Below, piece by piece: positions 31,123-39,496 of a stretch of 64,000 nt of DNA. Each line of letters opens with the position of its first letter. The first letter of the stretch is position 1. This stretch comes from Rhodobacterales bacterium. GTDB taxonomy: Bacteria > Pseudomonadota > Alphaproteobacteria > Rhodobacterales > Rhodobacteraceae. Where the stretch lies: positions 1,737 to 65,736 of the forward strand of contig JANNAF010000378.1 in NCBI GenBank assembly GCA_031384005.1. The letters are read 5' to 3'. The translations under genes were made by a program, and so were the position numbers. Under the pieces are notes generated by a model that worked only from the letters and a program-made list of their open reading frames with translations, ran no database searches and was not told the DNA's origin.

Positions 31123-31983
31123 ATGGAATTTCCGATGCGGGCCCTGAATTGGGTGGTCCGCCTTGGCGTGGCCTACGGTGCGGTCTTTGGCCTTGGCGTA
31201 TGGCGCTGGTCTGCTGCCATCAACGGTCTTTTGGCGCAACTGGACGCCGCCCGCATGCCCCACCGCATCGCCCGTTATCACGTGGCCGAACTCGAGGGCC
31301 TGCCAGCCCCGGTACAACGCTATTTTCGCGCCGCGCTGACCGATGGCCAAAGCATCGTCGTGGCCGCCACTTTGACCCAAAACGGAACATTTAACCTCAG
31401 CGCCGGCGCGCAGCAGTGGAAACCCTTTACGGCAACCCAGCACTTTGTCACAGCCCGCCCGGGCTTTGTCTGGGACGCCCAAATCAGGCTGTTTCCCGGA
31501 CTGCCTGTGCGCGTGGTGGATGCCTTGATCGCAGGGACTGGCCTTTTGCGCCCCACGGTTCTGGGGCTGGTTCCGCTGGGCGCTCAGCACGGCAGCGGCG
31601 AAATCGCCCGGGGCGAGTTGCTGCGCTATCTGGCCGAGGCGGTCTGGTTTCCCACCGCCCTGTTGCCCAGTCAAGGCGTGGTCTGGCACGAGGTCGACGA
31701 TGGATCCGCCAGGGCCACTTTGACGGATGGCCCTGTCACTGTGGCCATGGTGTTCCACTTTGGCGGAGATGATCTGGTGCGCGCGGTCTTTGTCGAAAGC
31801 CGCGCGGCGACGGTGGGCAAGACCACGGTCATGCTGCCTTGGGTGTGCCGCATGACGGACTATCAAAATAGGGACGGCATGCGCGTGCCTATGGTGGGCG
31901 AAGCGTTGTATCTGACCCCGCAAGGCGAAAGGCCCTATTTCAAAGGCATCACTGCCACCCTGACTTATGAGTTTGCACCATGA
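31123..31983 (+). CDS. DUF6544/DUF6920-like protein
   Basis: LPAPVQRYFR, WKPFTATQ, PGFVWDA, ELLRYLAEAVWFPTALLP. Confidence 0.75.
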   Translation: MEFPMRALNWVVRLGVAYGAVFGLGVWRWSAAINGLLAQLDAARMPHRIARYHVAELEGLPAPVQRYFRAALTDGQSIVVAATLTQNGTFNLSAGAQQWKPFTATQHFVTARPGFVWDAQIRLFPGLPVRVVDALIAGTGLLRPTVLGLVPLGAQHGSGEIARGELLRYLAEAVWFPTALLPSQGVVWHEVDDGSARATLTDGPVTVAMVFHFGGDDLVRAVFVESRAATVGKTTVMLPWVCRMTDYQNRDGMRVPMVGEALYLTPQGERPYFKGITATLTYEFAP

Positions 31984-32768
31984 CCCAAGGAATGGCCGGA
32001 CGGTTCTTCGTACTGGTGCTGATCGTGTCGCTGCCGTTCTATGCGCTGGGGCTGACGGGAGCAGCGCTGCCCTTTGCGCCCGCCTTGCCGATCACTGCGC
32101 TGATGGCCTGTGTGCCGATGGCTGTCGCCCTATTTCTGGTCGCGCGTCGTGACGGAAAGATCGCCTGGGCGTTTCCGGGGCGCTCTCTCCCCAAGCTGCG
32201 CTGGGCCGTTGCGGCGCTGGCCATCATGCCTGCGGCCTACGCCGCGACAGCGGGAATCCTGTGGGCGTCCGGTGCCACGTTTCCCGCGTTGACCTTGCTA
32301 CCCGTTGGCGCTGTCCTTCCCGCCTTCGCCCTGTTCTTCCTTGGCGCGATTGGCGAGGAGGTCGGATGGCAAGGCTACGCTTTTCCCGCGTTGGCCACGG
32401 GGCATACCGCATTGCGCGCCGCGCTGATCATCGGCACCTTTTGGGCCCTGTGGCATGTGATCCCGTTCGCGGTGATGGGCCGGGGTGCTGCGTGGATCGT
32501 CTGGCACTCCCTCGCGATGGTCTTGATGCGGGTGCTGATCGTCTGGCTGGTCGTGAACGCCGGGCAAAGCCTGACGATTGCGGTGCTGTTTCATGCGATG
32601 AGCAATTCGGCCTGGGGTCTTTTTTCCAACTATGAACCGTTTTATGACCCAAAAATCCTATGCGCTGTGCTTGTCCTGCCTGTGCTGACGGTGGTCGTCC
32701 TGTGGGGACCGGCGACCCTGATGCGGTTCAGATATGGTGCGGATGCCATAGCGTCCGGTGTTCCATGA
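31980..32768 (+). CDS. CPBP (Abi/CAAX) family intramembrane metalloprotease
   Basis: GEEVGWQGY, FWALWH, HAMSN motifs; multiple TM segments. Confidence 0.88.
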   Translation: MTQGMAGRFFVLVLIVSLPFYALGLTGAALPFAPALPITALMACVPMAVALFLVARRDGKIAWAFPGRSLPKLRWAVAALAIMPAAYAATAGILWASGATFPALTLLPVGAVLPAFALFFLGAIGEEVGWQGYAFPALATGHTALRAALIIGTFWALWHVIPFAVMGRGAAWIVWHSLAMVLMRVLIVWLVVNAGQSLTIAVLFHAMSNSAWGLFSNYEPFYDPKILCAVLVLPVLTVVVLWGPATLMRFRYGADAIASGVP

Positions 32769-33946
32769 GGCGGGGTATGGCTGCACTCCTGCTCGCGGTT
32801 GCGCTGTCAGGGGCCGGTTTCCTGACCTTTTTGCGCATCGGTTTGCCAATGACGGCACTGCAGGTCCCAACGGGCGCATCAGTCGGCGCAATCAGCGACC
32901 TGGCAATCGACCCAACCCGGCGCGACTTGTTCTCTGGTGCGGTCAATCGCGTTGTACCATTCCAGATGCTTTATCCAGCCAGCGCGCCGGGCACCCCCTT
33001 GCAATATCTGCCAAATGCCGGGCCACAGTTGGATGCCATTGTCACAATTCATGGCCGGATGTCCCATCTGTTGCTGGGGCGGATCGGCGCGCTAGCGGCC
33101 CCTTGGACCGACGCGGCCAAGCCGTCGGGCGGCGGACCTTTTCCGGTCATCCTTTATCTGCCGGGTGTGACTGGCTACATGCAGATGGCAAGTTTTCAGA
33201 CGGTCGATCTGGCCTCTCAAGGTTTTGTTGTCGTGACCTTGAACCAGCCCGGTGCTGTGGCGGCGGCTGTTTTGCCGGGCGGAAAGGTCGTGGCCGGGCT
33301 GACCCGCACCGAGGCCGCAGCCCTGATCGCACCGTCCTATCGCATCATGGGCCAAGCCTTGCCCGACCGCTTTGCGCGGGCCCTGGAACCAGACGCCAGC
33401 ATCGTGCCCTGGTTTGCCGCAGATGTCGGGCCCGTCCTTGACCGGCTGGCGCAGATCAATGCCAACCCGTCGCATCTGCTGTACGGGATGCTGGACCTTG
33501 ACCGCGTCGGCGTCATGGGTATGTCGCTTGGCGCAATTGTCGCGGCACAGGCCTGCGCGACCGAACCCCGGATCGACGCCTGCCTGATGATGGACGCGCC
33601 GGTTCCGACAGCGGTGGCCCGTGCCGGCCTGCGACAAGCCGCCCTATGGATCAGCCGCCCCAAGGCCGATCAACGGCTGGAACGTGCAGCATCAGGCGGC
33701 TGGTCCGAAGTCGAGATTGACGCTCAGGCCGCCACAATCGACGCGGCGTTGTCAAACAGCCCGCAAGGTGAACTGGTGCAATTGCACGGTCTGTTCCATC
33801 TCGACTTCACCGACCTGTCCGCCCTGCAACCTGCATTCGGCTGGCTGGGGCAATCAGGTGTCAATGGAGGTCCGGTCGCCCACCGGCAAATCAACCAACT
33901 GACACGCAGGTTCTTTGCGGGGGCCTTTGCCTCCCCCTTGCGGTGA
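32765..33946 (+). CDS. Alpha/beta hydrolase (PAF-acetylhydrolase-like)
   Basis: FPVILYLPG, DLASQGFVV, LDLDRVGVMGMSLG nucleophile, HLDFTD; ATGA-coupled start 32765. Confidence 0.82.
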   Translation: MRRGMAALLLAVALSGAGFLTFLRIGLPMTALQVPTGASVGAISDLAIDPTRRDLFSGAVNRVVPFQMLYPASAPGTPLQYLPNAGPQLDAIVTIHGRMSHLLLGRIGALAAPWTDAAKPSGGGPFPVILYLPGVTGYMQMASFQTVDLASQGFVVVTLNQPGAVAAAVLPGGKVVAGLTRTEAAALIAPSYRIMGQALPDRFARALEPDASIVPWFAADVGPVLDRLAQINANPSHLLYGMLDLDRVGVMGMSLGAIVAAQACATEPRIDACLMMDAPVPTAVARAGLRQAALWISRPKADQRLERAASGGWSEVEIDAQAATIDAALSNSPQGELVQLHGLFHLDFTDLSALQPAFGWLGQSGVNGGPVAHRQINQLTRRFFAGAFASPLR

Positions 33947-34059
33947 CCGCAATCTGGCGGGTGGTGGGCACTGGCCACCAATCGGTTCGTCTGCGCCGAA
34001 CTTGGGCCTGTCACGGTTTGGTGCCGCTCTCTTGACAGGGTGATGCGCAGCAAAAGAAA

Positions 34060-35310
34060 TGAGCTGTGGGCCCAGTCAGGACGATTGAATTTCGCAAGGA
34101 TGCGGTGCGGATCGCGCTGATTTCGCAGGATCAGGATTTGATCCGGGGGGGGGCAATTCCCTGACGACGGGCTTTCAGGCAAACAGATCGCTGAGGGTCC
34201 AGGGGTCGGTATGTCGACGCTGGACAAGTGGATCATCGCGCATCCGTTGCCCGGCAAACCATGAGGGGGGCGATACGGATGTGGTGTCGCATGAGGATTG
34301 CGAGCTTGCGCTTGAGAATAAACGGCTGCGGCGCGAAAACCGCATCCTGCGCGAGGGTTCCGGTTTGTCAAAGACCATATTGGGCGTTGCGAACGCAGCA
34401 GTTGTGTCAGGTGATGGTCGTCGGCCCATGCGGGTTGCGGGCCATATGCCGCCGCCCTGCCAGTCGCAGGCAGCACACAGAGAGGGTCGTTCTGGCCCAT
34501 ACCAAGGAACAATCGGGCCTGAGCCTATGCAGCTATGCGTTGCCCGGTAGGCGACTGCCTTGCTTCGCCGTAAGGGGTCGACCCCGGATGACCGAAGAAC
34601 TGAGGGAAGTCGGCGTTGATGTGGGTCACCCCTTGCCCGGGAGGTGAGTGCAAGCAATCCCCGAGAGGGGGCGGGTCGGGTCGTTGATGCGTGAAAACGG
34701 GATCGCCGTTGAAAGAACATGCAAATTCAGGGCAACCACAGACAGTAATCGCACCTTCAGCATCGCGCCGAACCTGCCGGACCGCGACTTCACCGCGGGT
34801 CAGCCAAAACCAGAAATGGGTGGGTGACATCAGCTGCATCTGGACCCGCGGGGGCTGGCAGTATCTTGTGGTGATACTGGACCTGTATTCGAGCTGCGTC
34901 GTCGCCCTGCGTGATTTGCACCCAAATCCCTTCCGGGTAACCGCTTGGGCCGTCAGCAACCGGATGAAGAGCGACCTGGCGATCCGGGGGCTGAGGATGG
35001 CCGTTGCCTTGCGGGCGCCGCCCAAGGGCTGCAACGTCCCTAGCGACAGGGGCAGCCAATAATGTGCGCACGACTACCACAGGATACTGCGCGAACATGG
35101 CCCGCAGCCGTCAATGAGGGGCGAAGGCAATTGCAATGACAATGCCGCTGTCGAAACCTGCTGCACGACATCAAGGACGGTCTGATATGGCGCAGGTTTT
35201 GGGAAACCCGTCATTTTCCAATATATCAACGGCTTCTATGACCCGCGCCGCCGACATTCAGCATGGCCAGAGAAACGCCCCCTGGTATTAGAACACAAGG
35301 TGGCCTAACC
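34060..35310 (+). mobile_element. Degenerate IS3-family insertion sequence (orfA/orfB relics)
   Basis: EFRKDAVRI, GVGMSTLDKW, GRPRMTEEL, QKWVGDISCIW, LDLYS, SDRGSQ*, GNCNDNAAVE; stops and frameshifts; ends approximate. Confidence 0.85.
34537..34942. repeat. Three related 39-bp in-frame inserts in IS3 orfB (34537-34575, 34630-34668, 34904-34942 inverted)
   Basis: Each interrupts a conserved IS3 motif by 13 codons; shared TT(G/A)CCCGG-n-AGG...TGC...GCAATC-like core. Confidence 0.6.
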
Positions 35311-35376
35311 GAGCTATTCGAGCGGCATGCATACGCGACAAAACCAATCCGTCGCCCGCTACTGGGTGTGCTCCGG

Positions 35377-35760
35377 TTAACACCAGTAATCTGACCGCGC
35401 GATCCTGATCTGAGCCGACAGGCCGTAGCACCGCAGCGGGCTGACCTTTGATCGCGCAAGCGCAAGATCAGCGTTGGCACGGGCGATGCGGCCGTGGCAT
35501 CCTCGAACGGATGGATTGTGATAGACCACAGATGTTCCAGCACCGCCTTGATCACCGGGTCGGTGGCCGCAGTTGCATTGAACCATGTCGGCAATTCACT
35601 CATCTCTGCCGCGACCCTTTCCGATGGAGGGGCCGCGCAAGGCAGGCGCTCTTGGCCGACTGATCCCGAAACCTTTTGCGGGGGCCCCGACCTCTCGGCT
35701 CCAAACGCAGGCGGACCGTTCCAGATCATTCGACGACGGACACGATAAAAGGTCCTGCGC
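35377..35760 (-). pseudogene. Fic family protein fragment
   Basis: DPVIKAVLEHLWSITIHPFED, then a frameshift to HGRIARANADLALARS. Confidence 0.8.
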
Positions 35761-35992
35761 CGATGTCTCAGACGCGAGATGCAAGCCGACATCACATAAA
35801 GTCAGAAACATGCGCCCAAGGCCAGTTGCCGCATACCTGAAGATTTCCGGGTCAAGCGGATCAACGCCGAACGATCGCCCTTTGGGCGAGTTTTGGTCAT
35901 GCCGAAAAGCAGCGCTGGCGCTTGCAGTGCTTTGCGGTCTTTTGGATCTAGCCCTCGGCACGGGCGCAATCCAACACATCAAAGGGCGTCCC

Positions 35993-38347
35993 ATGACCCA
36001 AACTGCAGAACAGCGTGGCGGTTCCGTCCGCGAAGACCACCCGGCCAACCATCAAACCATAGCAGTCGCACATGCGGGCATCCTGATCCATGATAGCGCC
36101 CGAATGAATTTGGCAGATCTTTCGGCCTCTTTCGCATCCGTCTTGCAAAAGGGTGCTGTGTTGGACGTTCCGGTGTCTTTGGCAGATGCGGGCCCAAAAA
36201 TGGCGTTGGCTATCGCAACTGCGCCAGCAGCGAACCCAGAGTTGTTCGTGCCAGCCGGCACCAGTGCGTCCGCACTGCAAAGCCTGATCAACGGCGCGGC
36301 GGCGGGCAGCATCATCCATCTTGCAGAGGGTCATTTCAGCTTTGACCGCACCGTCATCATCGCGCGTGATGACATAACGGTGTCGGGTGCGGGGTCGGGC
36401 CAGACGATCATCGACGTCAATCCAACCTTGGGTGCCGAAGCCTTCCGGATTGGTCAGGGCACGACAAGTGGCAATTATGCTTTGGCCTCGGATGTGGCGG
36501 AGGGCGCCACTGCGTTGACCCTGACAGGGGCGCACAGCTTTGTTGCAGGGGATTTTGTCTATTTGTCGCGCGCCAGCACGGCTGCCTTTTTCGACTCTAT
36601 CGGCGACACTGTTTGGCGAAATACCGATGTGGCGCTGCGAACCTCGATTGCGCAAGTGGCGTCGGTCAACGGCAACGTGATCACACTGGCCAATGGCGTG
36701 CATTTCGATTTTGTGCCGGGCGAAACCAAGGTTTCCGAAATCGCGATGGCCGAACGGGTCAGTGTGGGTGGGTTTACGGTCAGTTACGGCCTGCCTGCCG
36801 CTGACCCGTCCAATTTTAGCAACACCATGTCCAACTATAGTCGCAACGCGGTGATCGAGGTGAAGGGTACGGCTGGGCTGCACCTGTTCGATATCACCTC
36901 ACGCGATGTGCCCAGCTTGGGTGTCAATGTGGCCGCCAGCATCGGGGCAACGGTTGACCACATCACCATGACGGGGGCGCATAACAAGGGCGACAGTGGC
37001 AATGGCTATGCCTTGCAGATCCGCGACGTCTACGACAGTACCTTCACCAACCTGACCGATCAGGACATGCGCCATTCAGTGGTCTTTGCCTCGTGGACCT
37101 CGGCCGCTGGCAATCTCGTTCATGTTCTGCAAACCGACCGTGACATCAACTTTCACGGTGGGCGGGACCATGACAATGTAGTCATGGTCGATGCCTCGAT
37201 CCGGGATGTCGCGTCGGATATCATAGGCGCTTCGGTATACGTCAATTCCGAGGCCACCCATTACGGCACAGCGACCGACCCCACAACCAACGTCACCAAG
37301 TTCGGGCATCTCACAGGCTCCAGACTGGGGGATGATGTGCAGGGTTATGACACCGGCAGTTGGCTGGAGGGGATGGGGGGCGACGACACGCTGACAGGCG
37401 GGGCCGGGAATGATCTTTTGACCGGGGGGGCGGGCAATGACATCCTGTTCGGTGGGACAGGCGTTGACATCGCAACGTTTGCTGGGCTGCGGGCCAGCTT
37501 TCTGGTCGCAAAGTCGGCGGATGGGGTTCATGTGACGGACAAGGTCGGTGGTCAGGCTTTTGACCTTGTGAACCAGGTTGAATGGCTACTTTTCGGCGAT
37601 GGGGCCTTGCGGCTGTCGGACATGACGTTTCTGGCAACGTCAGCTGTGGACGGGGTGTTTGGCGGCCCCGGCACTTATCAGGTTGGACCGCACCTTGTGT
37701 TGACGGGTACTGCAGGTGCGGATCTGTTTGCAGTGACGGTCAAGGGAACGGTCGTCCGTGGGCTCGCCGGGGCCGATACCGTCAGTTCGACAGTTGACTT
37801 TACCCTTCCTGATGATGTGGAGCGGCTGAACCTGATCGGAACCGCCGCAATCAACGGCACGGGATCAGGCCTGTCGGATCAGATCTATGGCAACGGGGCG
37901 AACAATCTGATCGTGGGGGCAGCGGGCAGTGACTCGCTTTATGGCAATGTGGGGGATGACCGCCTGTTGGGTGGCAAAGGGGTGGACTCGCTGTTTGGTG
38001 GGGCGGGAAATGATGTGATTGACGGCGGCGCTGGGCGCGACAAGGTCAAGGGCGATGCCGGGGCGGATGTCTTTGTCTTTGCCTCGGTCGCGGACAGTTC
38101 CAGGGCGGCCGCGGATTCCATCCAGGATTTCGCGACCGGGGTCGATTTCGTTGACCTGCGGGGCATTGATGCCAATAGCGGTGTTGCGGGGGATCAGGCC
38201 TTTATATTCCGATCCGGGCCAGGCGGGGCGGCTGCCTTGTGGCTGGCGTCGGGCACGCTTTACGGTGATGTCAATGGTGACGGCATTGCGGATCTGGCGA
38301 TCGCGTTTGGCAGTCATGCCGTGACGGCGGGGGATATCTTGCTGTAA
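35993..38347 (+). CDS. Probably secreted parallel beta-helix protein with RTX repeats and serralysin-like C-terminus
   Basis: N-terminal ALQSLINGAAAGSIIHLAEGHF beta-helix cap, beta-helix rungs, GGxGxD repeats, GDVNGDGIADLAI; start uncertain (35993-36200). Confidence 0.8.
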   Translation: MTQTAEQRGGSVREDHPANHQTIAVAHAGILIHDSARMNLADLSASFASVLQKGAVLDVPVSLADAGPKMALAIATAPAANPELFVPAGTSASALQSLINGAAAGSIIHLAEGHFSFDRTVIIARDDITVSGAGSGQTIIDVNPTLGAEAFRIGQGTTSGNYALASDVAEGATALTLTGAHSFVAGDFVYLSRASTAAFFDSIGDTVWRNTDVALRTSIAQVASVNGNVITLANGVHFDFVPGETKVSEIAMAERVSVGGFTVSYGLPAADPSNFSNTMSNYSRNAVIEVKGTAGLHLFDITSRDVPSLGVNVAASIGATVDHITMTGAHNKGDSGNGYALQIRDVYDSTFTNLTDQDMRHSVVFASWTSAAGNLVHVLQTDRDINFHGGRDHDNVVMVDASIRDVASDIIGASVYVNSEATHYGTATDPTTNVTKFGHLTGSRLGDDVQGYDTGSWLEGMGGDDTLTGGAGNDLLTGGAGNDILFGGTGVDIATFAGLRASFLVAKSADGVHVTDKVGGQAFDLVNQVEWLLFGDGALRLSDMTFLATSAVDGVFGGPGTYQVGPHLVLTGTAGADLFAVTVKGTVVRGLAGADTVSSTVDFTLPDDVERLNLIGTAAINGTGSGLSDQIYGNGANNLIVGAAGSDSLYGNVGDDRLLGGKGVDSLFGGAGNDVIDGGAGRDKVKGDAGADVFVFASVADSSRAAADSIQDFATGVDFVDLRGIDANSGVAGDQAFIFRSGPGGAAALWLASGTLYGDVNGDGIADLAIAFGSHAVTAGDILL

Positions 38348-38385
38348 CGGACCGGGATCACCCTGCAAAAGCCCAAGCTTGCCGC

Positions 38386-38420
38386 CTGCCTGATCCCGGA
38401 TACCAAAAGGGATCAGGCAG
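38386..38420. terminator. Hairpin between convergent genes (possible bidirectional terminator)
   Basis: CTGCCTGATCCC-N11-GGGATCAGGCAG. Confidence 0.55.
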
Positions 38421-38464
38421 ACCATGCGGTTCCTGCGGCCCGACCAAACTCCCCCCGCCCCAAT

Positions 38465-39496
38465 TCACGGCATATCCCGCCAAACCAGCGATTGCAGACC
38501 GCCGATTTTGGAATTGGACAGATCGCCAAACGGGGTTGCAAATTCCGCAATGTCAGGTGCGTAAAACGTCGTCAGATAGGCATAGGTCCAAGCCAGTTCA
38601 AAACCCTGCAACTTGTCCGATCCATCGAAATAGCTTTGCTTGCTTTTGGCAAGGCTGGTGACCTCGGCCGGATCGGCAAAGGCGGCCAGGGTAAAGCGGA
38701 TGCTGCGGTGCAAACTGCCGTCGCAGGCCTGAAACAACGCATGACCGTCACGCTGCAACAGCATGGCTGCCGGAACCAGCGCGGTCAGGGCGTGCAACTG
38801 GTAATGCAGCGCCAGATCCTTGCGTGCCATCTCCAGCGGCAGGCTGCCGTCGGGGTTGGCGCTGCAGGCGACAAGCTGCACGCTGGCGGCGGCCCAGTCG
38901 ATCATTGCCTTGTCCTGCAAGGTTAGCCCGACCCGCGCCACTGCCAGGGCAGCCCAGGCGCGCAGGTTGTTCTTTTGCGAATTGGTCGGGGCGTCGGTGT
39001 CAAAGAACGTCATGGTGGACCGCGCCAGCCCGGCCAGCCAAGCCTCGATCACGTCAGCGTCGGGGTCATCGCCCACCAAAGGTCGCACCTGATCCCAGGC
39101 GAATGCCAACCCGGACAAACGTGATGGCACCGAAAGATTGGCGTTCATTGACCCCATCTCGCCCAATGCCCCGGCTTTCGCCCAGGCACCCAACCCGGCC
39201 AAAACGCAATCGGCTGCACTCTGGTCTGTGGTTTCCAGCGACGCATTTGCTGCAAGGATCATATCGGTGACAAAGTCATCGACGGGCTTTAACTGGGCAT
39301 TCACGTCTGCATTACTGGTGCTGTCAAACGACGAACGGCTTTTGTCATCGCTTGCATAGCGGCTGCCATGGTCCAGCCTGACCACAGGATCGACCAGACT
39401 GGGGCAGGCAAAAGGCTCTGGCGTTTCTTGCGCCTGTATGGGCATACCGGGCAACAGAGCGCAGGCCAACATGGCCAAGGGTAAAAGGCGGTTCAA
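38465..39496 (-). CDS. algL: Alginate lyase, PL5 AlgL-like (atypical active site)
   Basis: Signal peptide, SRY, NNLRAWAALAV, DGSLPLEMAR..LALHYQ; last gene of the operon. Confidence 0.8.
   Translation of the reverse strand: MNRLLPLAMLACALLPGMPIQAQETPEPFACPSLVDPVVRLDHGSRYASDDKSRSSFDSTSNADVNAQLKPVDDFVTDMILAANASLETTDQSAADCVLAGLGAWAKAGALGEMGSMNANLSVPSRLSGLAFAWDQVRPLVGDDPDADVIEAWLAGLARSTMTFFDTDAPTNSQKNNLRAWAALAVARVGLTLQDKAMIDWAAASVQLVACSANPDGSLPLEMARKDLALHYQLHALTALVPAAMLLQRDGHALFQACDGSLHRSIRFTLAAFADPAEVTSLAKSKQSYFDGSDKLQGFELAWTYAYLTTFYAPDIAEFATPFGDLSNSKIGGLQSLVWRDMP

Noticed and set aside
35377-35760. Functional Fic toxin-antitoxin or defence system
   Set aside because: Frameshift inside the HPFxDGNGR motif, truncated, no partner gene
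35993-38347. Direct call as an Azotobacter-type AlgE epimerase
   Set aside because: No DPHE/DPHD motif; kept only as an architectural analogy
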